The position numbers were made by a program, and so were the translations under genes. From Nymphaea colorata (lineage: Eukaryota), in the NCBI RefSeq assembly GCF_008831285.2, contig NC_045138.2, positions 35,774,001 through 35,838,000 on the forward strand: a stretch of 64,000 bases of DNA, read 5' to 3'. The notes under the pieces are model-generated. The model ran no database searches. It was given only the letters and a program-made list of their open reading frames with translations, and was not told where the DNA came from. Positions 43,608 through 58,316 of this stretch are shown here, in pieces. Within the stretch, counting starts at the first letter, position 1. Each line of letters starts with the position of its first letter.

Positions 43608-46600
43608 TCAACCCCAGAATCTGCTGAAGATACTCTTCTTGTCCTTTTTTACTCTTGCCTCTAGCGAAGGGAATTCAATAGAGTAGTAAGCGATGTCCAT
43701 GACAATAGGGTTGCAAGGCACTGACTGGAAAGCCGGTGGAAACATTGCAATACGTGGAACTCCTTTTGTGTGGGAATCACCAACCGCAGACTCGTAGGCC
43801 TCGAGCATTTCAAGGAGATATTTTTCCGGCTGCAATAGAAAGTTGTCCTTGTTAAGCAGCAAGTATAAAAGCTTATGACAAATTATTTGTATACCATAAT
43901 TGCTAAAGATCAATATTTTGGTAGTTAACCAAAAGATGCAAGCATCGACCTATAGCAACCGGAAAAAAACTTGTAACTGAGCAAAGTCGATTCATATGGA
44001 AGGTTTATCTGGGGAGAATGCGAAAACACTGCAAAATTAGGGTTTTAGAATGATTGGGCATTAAACTGTTGAACTACGTTCAAAAATGCCCTCAAGTGTT
44101 CGCCGAGAATGCAGTTATCTACACGAATCCAGAACTAGAATAAGTTACCTTCTTTCCAGCACCAGAAAGCGAGATTGTTGATACTCCTTTAGATATACTT
44201 TCTTTGGCATTCTCCTCCTCCAAGATGCCCGTCGCATGCTCTATATAGCTGCTAGACCTACAATTGTCGGCCAGTACCTTCAACTCCTGTATCAACTAAT
44301 CACCCAAAATACAAGGTTAACCAGGAGGCAATTGTGAGGAACATTTTCATGAAATAGAAAATCCATGGTACCCTTGTATCTCAACAAGTGGCTATAAGAG
44401 AAACAGTACACAGCTAGCTATCTCACCTTATCAGGATCTGCAACCAATTGCAATCTCTTGAGAACAACATCAACAAGCAAGCGAGCGTGACAGTATAAAG
44501 CATATGCTTCTGCCCTTTTTCCAGCTGAACTATAAGACTTAGCCAAATAGAAGCACCTGCGCCGACATGCTTAGGAGTTAAGAGTTAAGACTCGCATCAA
44601 GCCAAGGGAACACTAATACTTAAACTGTACATGGTTATGATAATTGCACTACCTAAGCTATTAACAAGCAAGAAAATTATGCATTTATAAACACTTCAAT
44701 AAACAAATTACAGGGACAGTTTAAAAAACAAAAACCAACATTTCAAGCAACAAATTAGGGACTAAATTAGCAAAATTAATGAAAAGCAAACCTTCTCTCA
44801 GACTAAGAAAACTGAAATATGAAGAACGAATAAATTTTTTGTTAAAACTAAATATAATAGCTAACAATGTTGGCAGCTGCTAATTTTAAAATTTAAACAG
44901 ACACAAAAATAGCAATTTGGTTTATGATACTAACATCTGGAAAATTACCCTGTTAATTAGGCCATTGGAACATGAAATTATTACAAATCTTAAAAAAAAC
45001 ATTTTTTTCTCTGTTTGCAAGCACTTTTTACAGTCTAGTTATCACAGTAAAATAGCTGAGATCAGAAAAGCACATCCCTCTAAGCCCAAATAGTGAAAGA
45101 GAAAAGAGAAAGGTGAGGGAAAAACCTTTCTGCCTGATAAACTGAACTCTTGAGCTCATATTCTTCGGCAAATGCCACCTCTTCTGCTTTTCTTTCTCTT
45201 CCTGAACTAACTAAATCTGTCAAATCTGTTGTATTCTGAAAGAATGAAACAGAAATGAAGAGTGTAGCAGTCAGCCTCCCAATTATTGCATGGCAAAGCA
45301 TCATGCGAGCAGATATTCATACGACAAGCAGCTGATAAGGACATACAGGAGTTATACCTGGATTAACAAGTCATATAGACGAACAAGTTCTTCAGGTTTT
45401 GTGCGTTTTTCACCCTTGTCATCAGGATTTCTGCTAAGTTTACTTTTAGCAATCGTAACAAGCAACTGATTACGTTCAATTGTACGTTGCACTAGGACGG
45501 CGCTGACAGCCTTGTCAAGGCCATTAAGATCATCCTTAACATTTTCTGCATTTCCTGCAGTAACCTGAGTATGCATATTAAATGGATAAGCATAGCCAAT
45601 ATGGTCAGCCATCAATAATCAAGTAACTGTGGTATCAAAAAAATTGATGCAAGAAAAAATCTGTACAGCAACTAGGGGTGTTTAGCTCCAGCTGATAAAA
45701 AGATTCAGAAGAGCATCACCAAAGGGATACAAAAAGAGGCAACTTACCAAATCATTGCGTATACAGCGCCTGGCGTCATGATATGCAGCAAAGATTTTAT
45801 CGAACAAGGAAATCCTTTTCTCAGCAGGGAGTGCTTCTGATGATGGACCGTGCAAATCTTTCTCCAGCTCCTGAGCTGTTCAGATTTCTTAATGAGTCAA
45901 GCAGCATTCAGAAGTCTATGAGATATACATCTTTTCCTTTGTGAACTACCCATTATTATTCCAAAAGCGACACTAGAAGACTTAATTTGTATCTAGATTA
46001 ATTAAATGCCATAGGTTTATATAATGTGCAATCATTGATTTAAACAACAATAGTTTAAAAGCAAAAAAGAAAGGAGCATCAGCTCAGTCTACAGAAAGGA
46101 GGTTAGAGCACATGTATTGCCTTCAGTAAAGCTTACATACACCTATTTGGAGCTTGTTTGAAAGGGGTTTCAAATATGATAATGTGATAACTTTAATTGA
46201 AGTAGCCATTAGTACCACCAGAAGTTACAATGGAAAACATGTAATGTTGTGGAACAATGTTTCTCAGTTAGAAACGTAAAATGAGATCAAGTTTTACATA
46301 TTTCTTGTTTATTTGTTTAGCTGACTGTCAATATAAAGTTACAAACTAGAGAAACTGAACATGAGAACTTTCAAGAAAAACTGGAAGCCGAGAAATTGGT
46401 TTAGACTTGAACCACGCTATATTTCTTCAGTTGCTGTCCTGCAATTAAGAGGTATTATTCACTCTACCAGGTTGGCTTTATACAAGCATCCAACATTCTC
46501 AAGACACTTCATACAACTGGGGAAAACCATGTAAAAATGGCAACAGTAAAATTTATTTTCTGCTATTTAGTGGAACATGATTTCCTAAAGCATTTGGTTA

Positions 46601-49600
46601 AATGTCTCGTCTGAACTTCACATTCAATAATTTGGAAAACTGTACAGGGATCGGGGAGTTAATCACGTAATAGAGCAGAGAAAGCATATTATGTCTTTTA
46701 TCAGTAAGCACATCATGACAGAAATAAGAGAAATCATGGCCATCTAAAAATATAATTTCTAGTTTCAGGATAAATTTCACCTTACATAGTTATAAGACGT
46801 GTACAATTGTCAGGTAATAATTGGCCACTGATATCAACTGAATGAAAATGAAAAAAGTACAGTTTTGTCGCTGTTTTCACTTAATATTACAGGAAGTGAT
46901 TCAGAAAAAACCAAGATATGAGACTGATTAAAACTATCAAATGGGTATGAATTTAAAAAAAACCTTTGAGAAGTGCCACTCTCGTCTTTGCATTAGCGAC
47001 TGGAAATCTATGACCCAGCCATGAGAATTCTGTCATGGATGCAGCTTGTTGAGATCTTGCTTCAGCCATTACAGCCTGTAAAAGCAGAATATGTATTCAT
47101 GCACTTATCATCAAATACTGGTCCATTGGACCTGATGGCATGCCACCACAAACACAGATATGATATACCCAAAAGCATTGTCACAAAAAACGTGTATGGG
47201 TATTATACGGTGAAGAATTTCTCAGATATAATACAGCAAAGTTGTATATCTCGGCAAATTTTTAAAAAATTGAAAACATTTAATAAATCCTGAAAATTAT
47301 AAAAAAAATCATAAAAAAGAAAAAAACCGCAAAAATGCATATAATACGTGTATAATACACGTTTTTTTTCAAGTTTTTTATTTTCTGACATTTAAAAAAA
47401 AAACGCATTTTTTCACGTTTTATACGGCTGACTGTGTTTTGACGTATTATACATGTTTTTTTCCAATAGGACGTGTATTTTGTGACAATGTCAAAGTCAC
47501 AAATAACATCTCGGAGTTTTAAACAGCGAAGTTTTTCTCAGGTATAATACGGCGAGCTTGAAAAAAACTGGAAAAAATAGGAAAAATACGGGAAATTTTT
47601 AAAAATTTAAAAAAACTGAAAAAGGAAAAAAAAATAAAATAAGTAAGAAACTAATAACACAAACATTAAAAGATAAGTAGATCTGCAACAAATAAAAGAA
47701 ATCTTTACAAGCACAACTAGGGAACATCCTAAACAATGTTTTAATGTATATAAATTATAAAGAACTAGTAACAATGAAATGAGTGACAAAACCTTAAAAC
47801 ATGACTGCAGCTACTAATCCATTGGCATTTACAGAAACAAATGGTAGAATCTATAGTCCGGTTTCTGAAAGCCTAAAAGTCATAATTCATTGTTGCATGA
47901 AAGAATACATCCCAATAAACTATACAATTGCTTGCTACAACTACATAAGATAAGGTGCACCTCAAGTTTAGCTTGGAATTGATCAAACGCAGGCCCTTCC
48001 ATCTTTCCCAGGTCTAGAAGTTCAGAGGTCTGCAAGCTTGATTCACCAACTTTATGTAAGCAATACCTGATGCTAGGCTCCAACTCTTCAACACGCTCAC
48101 GACACAGTATTTGATTGTCTATGTCTCCATATTTACCAAGTTGTTCATAGACAGCCCTATCGATAGACCATGAAATTACTAGTTTAGTCTGAGTGAGATG
48201 CCAAAGCTTGTGGCATAAGCTTCGAAGAGACTTTATACCAAAATGTATCCAGAAAAAGTTGAGTGCACTGTGCAAGATTTCAGCACAAATAAAGGATATA
48301 GATGGTACTTTTACATAACTATGTGAGATAAACTTAAAATCATTACTTTATCGGCTATTAAATATACATCTGATGGATCTTCCTTTTCCTTGATCAAAGG
48401 CACAAAAAGTTACAGAATGGGAAACAAAAGCACAGCATATTTATCCTACCTGGCACTCCTAAAATTTGTCAATGCAGCATCCCAGTTCTGCTCTTGTTCA
48501 AACAGAAGAGTCCCCTTCATGTAAGAGGCATATGCCTGCATGTCAAGAAAAATAAACATTTCTAATTTTGGATATATATGTGATAATATTTTTGACACGA
48601 AGCCATATGCATGACAAGTAGGGCTAGAATGAACCAAGCATACTTCAGCTTCTAATGAAGTTCTGGAATCTCCTTTTACAGAACAAAGCTGTGCAAAAAG
48701 GTTAGCCCATTTCACTGCCTTCCTTAGCCTCCCAATCAAGTGCATGCGTTGACGAGCATTAGGTCCATCTGCTACCTGCCTTTTCTCCATAGCATGACTC
48801 CAAGCCCTTTCTGCCATATAAAGAACCACATGGAGATACCTATAAAGAAGTTAATAGGAATATGTATCATATTTGCTGCTGAGAATGGAATAGCTAATTC
48901 AACAAAATGAAAAAGAGCATCATCAGCCTTCACATAAGCATACAAATAACTACAGATTAAAACTGCCAGTTTTCTTATAAAAATTATTTCAAGAGTAAAG
49001 AAGTACAAGTTAGTCAGAAAATTTGTTATCCGTAATGACTTCTTTCCATTAAAAAAAAATACACAAAATTCAGATCAGCCTCTATATTTATTGGGGAAGA
49101 AAAACACCAAACAAGATTGTCCTTGGCGAATAATCATATGCTTTGCCTCACTGAGGAGGGAAACTTTATAGGATAGGCAAAAAAAGAAATTATATTACGA
49201 ATATTAACACAAAAATCACATTACACATTTCTACCATAAACATGATACTTTCCACCATATAACATTCTGCATAATTATCATACCGCACTTCAGTGACAGT
49301 GGTCTCTGTAATCGCCTTCTTTATGTACTTCCCACGCCCGTGCGTGAACTTCAATGACTTATACAATCTTCTCAACCTTGCGCTGCAATATCGGCTGCAC
49401 ATATAGAAAATTTTACATCACAATCAGAGTGAGGGGGAGAGCATTTATTTTCATTTCAAGCATTTATTTTCATTTCATCGAAGGAAGACATATGACTGCA
49501 TTTTTTTTCTCAATGGCTACCATGGGTCCAACGGTTCTCAGCTTCAGGCACATGTCTTTCTTTGTGTTGGCCGTTGAATCTTTCACAATAAGCCTTTCTG

Positions 49601-50533
49601 AATGAGATGTTTTTTGGGGGAACTCCCAGGTGATATATAAAAAATAAGTGCTACATTTTTAACTTAGCAGTTTAATGGTCAGCTTTTCTGAATAAATTCC
49701 TTTACATTTCCCCGCCTATGCATTTTTTCTCCCTTTTCCTGTCTGCTCGATCGGTGTAACGTCCAACAATTTAAGGTCTTCGGAACCCGCTAGTACTGTA
49801 TTAGGTAGAGTAGCACGCAATCTGATTGAAAACTATTGTCAACTTCTCTAATGATAACCGAGCATATTTTGACGCATAAGATTAAAAACAACCATCCGCT
49901 AATGAGAAACTAAAACTATCAAACCACAAGCAATCGCGAAACATAAAAAATTTTAAGAATCAAAATGCACATGTCGGAAGATCATCGGGAATACACATTC
50001 TTCTCAACATGCATTTCGATCATTTTTATAAAAAGAAGCGTATGATGAAATAACCATCTACCTGCAGCCAATGGAAAGCATCTACCTGCAGCCAATGGAA
50101 AGCAGAACCAAAATAGTGCCATTAAGTATGACATTTCTTATCTCACAACCGCCCGCACTTCAAAGATAGCAATTCTTGATAAACAGAGCATTTTATAGTT
50201 TCCACAAGTAACAACACGGAAAGCAAAACAAATAATATATCTAGACAGCAACCTTACCGGTACCGCGTATAGTCCCCATGCCTCAAACCGTGCTGCATTT
50301 GAGCAGACTTCACAAGCTGCAGAACTAACATAAAGAAGAAGAGAGAGAGAGAGAGAGAGAGAAAATACAGTGTCAAAAGAAATCCATCAAAATTCACCGT
50401 GGATCCAAAAGAAAACTAACAAATGTCTGTCTTGTTGACAGAGATCATCACCATTGACAGAAAACTTGGGATTCGTGTGAGATGGCTTCCCGTCGTCAAC
50501 CTCCATCGCCGATGCATCGTCACCTTTCGCCAT
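43608..50533 (-). CDS. SRP68: Signal recognition particle subunit SRP68, ~597 aa; exons 50452-50533, 50258-50324, 49284-49394, 48644-48839, 48450-48535, 47961-48156, 46964-47075, 45748-45875, 45358-45564, 45126-45235, 44427-44556, 44149-44295, 43608-43829
   Basis: Motifs [59 protein letters not shown] and FPPAFQSVPCNPIVMDIAY. Thirteen GT-AG exons stay in frame (1794 nt). Confidence 0.95.
47176..47490 (-). mobile_element. MITE copy B (same family as 37935-38289) in an SRP68 intron, with a related partial end at about 47496-47620
   Basis: TIR cattgtcacaaaa / ttttgtgacaatg. Its reverse complement matches copy A (e.g. agtcagccgtataaaa). Confidence 0.75.
50055..50104. repeat. 24-bp tandem duplication
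   Basis: catctacctgcagccaatggaaag occurs twice. Confidence 0.85.
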
Positions 50534-52878
50534 CACAGGCCTCCAGAGACAAGAAGCTCAATCCCAATTTAAGCGAACGGCTTTTGAGGTTGAGATCAGA
50601 TTGGAAGAACAATCACAATAGGAAGACAGGCGCGAGGACAATTTCTCCCCAAGATTTGCGAGGTTAGGGTTCTGACGGATCGGTCGTCAGCCCACGAAGG
50701 AACCCGACGAGCCAAGTGAAGGAAGGAAAAATGGCGCACGACCGTCCGCAATGACCCCGGAACCCGGCCCGCAGCCGCTTTTAATCGTACCAGAAATCTG
50801 CACCATCCGAGTCGTATCAGATAGGAACTCCTGAAACAATTCACGAAGCCGCTGCAGATGGATCGGGTACGGCTTATATTCTATCCGATTTTGAAATGTT
50901 GTTGCTAGAGCTGTACTTGGGTCCGGATTCGTGTTTGATTTAACCCTCAGTTGTTTAGATAGGTCTGATGCTATCGGATTGGGTCTTGGACTCTTAATGC
51001 CATTTCATGGCTGTAGCCGGAATCTGATTCGAAACTGAATTTGATTCAAGGAACATGAATCGGATCTAAAATATATTTGAAATCTATTTAGTTAAAGTAT
51101 GAACCCAAGTTAACGGATGAAGCTGGACTGGATGCTCAACTAACCAACTTGTGTGCGCGCACGCCCACACACACACACAAACAGCTCTTAATGTGGATCA
51201 AATATGTCAGCTCTCTGCCAACATGTCAAAATACAGAAACCCTCTCAGTTATCAGAGCCAATGCTGTTTTCAATCTTCACGAGTTGATATTAAACAATAT
51301 GATTGATTTTGTAGAGATCAATACCTGGATTGTTTCGTTAAAACTCTAACATAAACTTTATACATAATAAATCAGCAGCTTCACATTTCAAAAATATGGC
51401 CTCAAAGAATGACGGCTTTCATAAAAAGCCATTCCCAATGTCATAAGTTAGTATTTTAGGTAAAGTAAAACTCTATCAACTTTCAGTTATCATTCCCAAC
51501 TTCATATCCACATCTCCTGAACCTTGTGTCGTCAATTTGGATCAACAGCGCCACGACAGGTGACGGGCATGTAGCCAAAAAAGGGAAAAATGTGACGGTG
51601 CTGAGATGAAGACCCTGAATTAAGTTGTAACCTTGTCATTCTGTTGTCTGATGTTTTTTCTATGGTACTGTCCTTGTAAAGCTCTGTGGCCGAAATTCAC
51701 CCTCAATTCAGAAGAGAAAAAAAAGACCCACCATTTCAATGTCAACCTTCTGTAGAGATACCATGGAATCATACTCGTAACTCGTGAGTTCCATCTTGTT
51801 GAAAAAAAACTAACGAGTGGTGAGACTCGAAAGGAACATGAAGACAGGATTGACAACAGAAGATGAAAACTTTTGGTTTATATTTAAACAAGACCTACAA
51901 AAAGAGGACCACCTACCATACACACCAAGGTGTGTAGTTGAGAGACAAAGGTGAACAACTCGGAGTAACTGTAGATTGGCAGGTCTAATTGATTGACTCA
52001 TTGAAGTCGATAGCTACATCCAACTTTTACATTGAAGCAAGGAGCACAAACTCGTATCTCACGAATTTTGCAACATAAGTTATTAGCAGAGCTTTCGTTG
52101 GTTTTGCCATTCACCAAACAAAGAGATACAAAACCTTATGTTGTATATCAAATTTCACATTAAAGAAAAGTGCAGGGAGTACAGTCAAAAATAGAACCAA
52201 GACTTTCAGCTTTCAAGCATCATACGGCCGCTTTCAGTATGAAAATAACCCAAGCATTCAAAAACTAGGTTAAAATAAAAGAACACCAAGCCTGAGGAAA
52301 AATAGGATATCCACAATCGAGTGGTTAATGGAGCTGTTCTGAGAGAGGAAAACTGCAACAGAAACTAATTTATCTTCCCATCCCTTGGGGAGCTGGCAAC
52401 TTTACTAATCGACACTAAACTCAGTCCAATTATTGCCCGAGACTGTGCTAGCTACATATGTTGATTGTGCGTAAGCAATGCATAGCCACTTCCTCACTGC
52501 TCATCAATCTTTACAAGTCACTTATGAACTGCAAAGGTTTGCTGTCCGATGCTTCTGAATCAGAAGTCTCCATCTTTCATTAAGTAACTGCTACCATAAA
52601 AAAAATTCAGGCAGCAGAAACAATCAACCGTCAGAATTCTGTCTCAATCTGAGTTCACCTGCTAACAACACAAGAAAAAAAAAAAATTATATCGGAGAAA
52701 GGATCTGCATGATTCAAGAATCCTGCTCGTGCATAAGGGTGGACACTGGACAGGAACCAAGACCATTCCAATAGAACCATTAGCCACGAGGTTCTGAATT
52801 TAAGCATTGACACACAACATACTTGCTGTTTCTTCAAAAAAGCAAAAGCAAGAACAAGACAAGGTATCTTACTGGTGT

Positions 52879-55800
52879 TCATTTGATAAATGGCAATCCT
52901 GAGGGAACCTTCTGAGCATAAACCTCATATTGTTGACCAAAGAACTGCCTCAAGAAGAATTCTTCATAGCTGTTTTTATTAAGGCAACTAAAGAAATTAA
53001 ATAAGGAATCAAAGCATTTCAAAACAGTGCTTATGTGAAAATTGCTGTCTTTGAAACTTGAAATTGGATTTGTATTAGAACCAATTGATAATTTAGCTTG
53101 AGTCACTCACACTACCAAAGCTGCAAAACTGCAACCAGAAGAAGCAACTTTTCAACTAACCATGTAACAATTTCCTTATTATTCCTATTTCTAAAGAAAA
53201 TAATAAATCCCAGAAATATCATCTCACTTGCAAAAAAGATGTGCAGGGACATGAATCTGGGGAAAAAATTACAACAAGCAATAAAGGCAAGCAAGGAATG
53301 ATTTTTCCAATAGCCGCTCAGTGGAAGGGCAAAGGGATTTCCTTAAGTCATTTGATGCACAGAGCTTGGCGCTGGCTAGGTTGACTGGCTACAAAGGCTA
53401 AGTTGATGGAGACTTTGTAACTGCAGCGACCAGCCTAAAGTGAAAACCCTGGGCAACCGCTGACAGGCACATACCATGCACTTTTACCTCAATATTTGAA
53501 ATTAGTCATTAAGGTTGTGCTTGATCACCATGGATCTCAGATCCGCAGTGATCTCAGATCACTGCGAATTTGAGATTGGCGGGTTTCAAATCTGACATCA
53601 AAGTGTGGATTTGAAATCCATGTCCATGACAGAAGCTGACAACTGTGGTTTTTAGCTATCACATATTTGAGATTCCCTCGGACTTGAGATCCATGAGGAA
53701 TCAAACGCACCCTAAGGTTAGATTGGCCAAATTCAAACTGTTATTATTTTCAAAGAAACAAAAAAAAAAAAAAAAAAAACCTTGAAAAGAAAGACAGGAA
53801 GCATTCAAGTATTTCTCAAACGATATAAACCTGTTTTGCTAAGCACATGAACATGGTTAAGCAACAAAAGAATGACTTTGCCTTAGAGGCCAACCACCAG
53901 GAAAATTTATCAGTCAATAAAGCGAGGATGGATGTGTCAATCGCCAATAAGTTAGGAATAAAAGTGTATTACTTCCCATCCGTATTTGGTTTTATGCATA
54001 TTGTGTAAACTTATTTATAGTTTTATACATTTCATATTTACTGTGTATATGTATAATTGCATGTAAAGGTCTGAGTATTTTATCTCTTTGTGTGTACTCT
54101 GTGTGTGTGTGTGTGAGAGAGAGAGAGAGGGAGCAGGGGAAGAGAGACTGTGTGTGCAAAATGTGATGTCTATGTTTGCAAAGCATGAGAAACATACCGT
54201 ATCCGTCTTGAAAAGAAACACCATGTAACAAATGTAAATCCAACAATGCAAATAGGATTGCAGAGCATGATTTGAGTTCCAATTGCCCAAATGAAAAAAC
54301 CACAATACCCTGGATGACGTACGAACCTGTGAAAAGCATTGATTCATATAAATTTCTTATAATAAAAGTTTGCTATTTATTATAAAACACCTGCAGTAAT
54401 GCAAAACACACATTGCTTTAAAATGTAATAAACTGACCAGGATGAGCCTTTGGTCCATCCATTGAACTATCAACAACATGGTGATATAACAACTAAAAAT
54501 TTATCTGAAACTATCAACTTGACGTGAACATGTAATTTTCATGATATCTAAGAGAAGTCTGCATAAGACAAGCCTGATTGTCAAGATGGTCCTGTAAAAA
54601 TTCAAAACTAATGAACATAATTGGCAGTACAAAATATGACTTAACTAATAACTAGTGTGCTATGCAAATAATGAGATATCATGCTGGTACACCCAAAAAG
54701 GGACACAGCTTTGCAAGCCAGTCACCTAGATGAGGAATTCAACCCAAAAGAGCAACGAAAAGAACAGTGAGCAGTCCATGATCTGTCTGATAATTATCGA
54801 ACTAGCTTTCATAAGGAAAATAAATGCACAAGTTTCTTACACACGGGCATCATTCTACATATATTGAACTACATTGTCATCTGCATCATCCCATTTCTTG
54901 CCACTTAAAAGAGTCTATCTTGTTGAGCTCCACCTGAAATATTTAGATCTGGTATAATAGTTCCTAGAATTCCATTTCAATATTTGAGCTTTAATATCCA
55001 TAGAAGATTAACTCATATGTAGTTAACAGCTGTCACATTTGTGCACATTTAAATTTTTATTAATTCATATTTCAGTTAGTCATTTCCTTTGATAGGTGTC
55101 ACCGTTCAAATTGTTATAGATAGTGCATATTTAAGAAAGTTTCCTTTCATTTTTAAAGTAATAAATATCAAAATACCAGCACCTTTGGCAACATTCGGCC
55201 TATAACTTGTTTATGTCTTCAACAATGATTAGTGTCAAGTTCTGGAGAACACCTATAGACTGAGAGCCACATACCCTACAAACTGAGAACAGCAGAAAGC
55301 ATGTCTGGAATTTCAACCAAGAAACTACCAAACTACCAATATAAATTATAACCCACCAATAACAGAATCAAAATATTGCAGGATAATTTTTATGTTTATT
55401 AATATTTCAGTTTTCCAGAGTCTTCTTATGTGACTACAACTGAATTACCTATAGCTTGTGAAAAGAAGTCCTACACTAGTACTTCTTCCTTCCCATGATG
55501 CAATTAAAATCAATCTAGGACGTAAAATGCTAAAAAAATCACATACGAAAATACTAGCAAAAGGGTGCCATTTTCTGGCGTTGCTCAAGAATCTACCAGC
55601 AGGATTGACAATTTACTTACCTATAGATTCCATCAGTTACCAACTGGTGATTTTCTTGATAATATATTCTGATATTATGTGTGAAAGCATTGCCAGCAGT
55701 TATAACAGCAACTTTACGAATGAGCTCCCCGATCACAACCAGTGCAAGGCCTAGATTGCTCACCCACCATTGTTCCTTTAGTTCTCGAAATAACATAAGC

Positions 55801-56944
55801 TCTGCCACGTACTCGATTAATGCACAAATCATTGCAAGAAGATATTGCTTGCTGATTAAAAGTGCTGCATGGTCATCGATATTTTAGTTACCAAGATGTG
55901 GCATGCATTGACAAGAAAATTGGACATAGACGAAGAATAAAAAGACTAAGAAGCAAGCGCCACCAGTATCTTTCAAATACCTTTTAAAATCATCTAACTA
56001 AAATACTTAACCCAAAAAAAAGAGACTTTAGTGATATTTCTTATGACGAATAGCACTTAACAGTAAACTTCCTGGACTTGAAAAGGCAGATTCGCTGCCA
56101 GTGGAGAACCCCAGTTTGTTCGACACTAAGAAAAAACACACAGATCAGACTTACAAGTACAAAGGAAATAATAACATCTTCCCGTATAGGAGAATGTACT
56201 ATCTTCAGCCATAGGATTGAGATACTAAGATATGATTTCTTATACAGCCCCTTTTCTTCGGTAATAACTGTCTAGGGTATTGGAAGTTGATAAATATCAA
56301 AGCCACCTAATCCTTAGAGGGTGAATTCAGCATCTTCCAGCAACGCAGTATTCCAAGTTCAACTAATCTTCCTTGCATTCCATAACACCAACATCTGCCT
56401 TCCTTTTCGCGAAACTTTTCGAACTTCACTCTCCTCTTACCCATTTCTTGTGTCAAATTAACGAGCTTTTGTGCTCGTGAGTTGAACCCCTAATACCCCG
56501 TTCCATTTATTCCTCGGCGCAAAACCCTGGTGCACTCTCTGTCGACCATAAAAAGCACCCCATTATCTCATCCTTGATGAAGAAAAAAAAAAAAACGGTG
56601 AAAACAGAACCCTAGACGCCCTTCAACTCGAATGGCTTCAAAGACAACCTGGTCTGATTTCGAAATAGAGAAACTACCCACTTGTTCTCCTTTCTTCTTA
56701 TTTTGGTGGACTAACAGTTTAGCAAATTCAGTTCACCGATTTTCATAACCCACATACGAACAGCACAGTGTTGAAGAGGAAGGAGAGATGAAGGGTCGAA
56801 GAGTAAAGGTGGGGAGGGTGACAACTCACATGAAGCGTTCACTCTGTGCCGGCCGTGGAATCGGACGGCGAGGGCGTACTCGGAAGCGTGGAAGAAGACC
56901 ACGGCCGCCAGCATCTGCAGCAGCTGCCTGCACCACGTCTCCAT
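52879..56944 (-). CDS. ICMT: Protein-S-isoprenylcysteine O-methyltransferase (ICMT/STE14), 192 aa; exons 56830-56944, 55621-55864, 54198-54326, 52879-52969
   Basis: Motifs FFHASEY, GELIRKVAVITAGNAFTHNI, HQLVTDGIYRFVRHPGYCGFFIWAIGTQIMLCNP and RIRYEEFFLRQFFGQQYEVYAQKVPSGLPFIK*. CDS 579 nt. Confidence 0.95.
53513..53712. mobile_element. Tourist (PIF/Harbinger) MITE in an ICMT intron
   Basis: Imperfect ~27-bp TIRs ggttgtgcttgatcaccatggatctca / tgagatccatgaggaatcaaacgcaccc, with TAA TSD at 53510-53512 and 53713-53715. Confidence 0.75.
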
Positions 56945-58316
56945 TGCCTTTCTTCTCCCTCGCTTTCTTCGAGGGAACTGGCGAAGATAGAGACCAAAAA
57001 CGACGCCCGGAGGGCCTATATTTTCTGAATCTTCCACCTTGCGTCTTCCTTTCTTAATTGCCAGTCCAATAAAAAGGGAATTGACTGTGACAGGTCAGAT
57101 AAATGGTGGGATATCGACCGAGTTGTGATGGACCTTACCTCGAGACTTATCATGATCTGCCATTATCATATCAAAGGTGAACCCTCGTACCTGCACCATT
57201 TTCCAACACAAGATCCTATCATTCTAGATACTGAACAAATTCAAACAGCATTATTTGCAACGGAACCAAAGTCATGGAACAATCAAGCAAGATAAACGTT
57301 TTACATAGGTAATTTTGACGTAGATTTGAACCATTGGATGTGGTGGGAAGGGATTCACTTCACCTCTCGCAGACCGCCAAATGGCATTGCCACTAAGGAA
57401 ACATAAGCAATCAAACAAGAACATATGCATGGAACGTTTCATCAATTTAACTATCCTTGAGACAGATCCACTAACACTTTACACTTTTTTATTGTTCATA
57501 TTGCCCAACGCCCTTTTGTGATCCATAAACCAGTCTTGAGGTCTGCATTAACATAGTTAATCAAACACAATACTATATATTTTCTATCATACGTGTCACT
57601 AACGTTAATTGTATTTGGCTTTAACATTATATACCACAAACAAGTTTTAGTTTACACAAGTAGGACGGACCATCTGCTAGTGCAAAAATAACATAATTCT
57701 AGTCAATACTTCTAAAATCCTTCTTTTGTAGGACCCGCCGATCCACTGTTTAAACAAACTGTGGATATCTGCAACAATAACTGAAAACACGAAGATCCAC
57801 ATTTGGTTTTGGACCTCAGATATTCTGTTTAACAATAGTGTTTGATTTCATATCAAATACAGGGTCTCATTAGGGGGATCTGGAGCAGATCTGGCTCGGA
57901 CTATGGACAAGGTTATTTAATACCCGAAAACAGCAAGGAATCCGGAACTATTGCCTCGAATGGGACCCGATCCATTCGCGGTCGCCAGCCATGAGGATGA
58001 AAAAAAATTATTTTCGTTCTCTCAAATTCAAAAGTTTTCCCAGAGCGGAGCGCCCAAAAGGCGAGCATGGGAATCCCGAACGCCGATAGGCCGTTAGTCA
58101 GAAAAATCTGACGGTGTACCTTCCCGCCCACCGTCCTTCTTCCCACCAAGAATTTCGAAATCCTCCGCTTCCGGCTTCCCCCAATCCCCTCTCCCCCCTT
58201 GCCCTTTCCTTTTCTAGGGTTCATATGCACAGAGTCGAGAAATCTCCCTCTTTTTCTCTATCCAAAACGATCTGTATTTCTTTTCCGACGTCCTGAAGCT
58301 TGGTTCGGCGAAAGCG

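Noticed and set aside
53112..53256. Candidate ICMT exon 3 (RFMSLHIFF...)
   Set aside because: It lacks the conserved RHPxYxG motif, which is present in the 54198-54326 exon.
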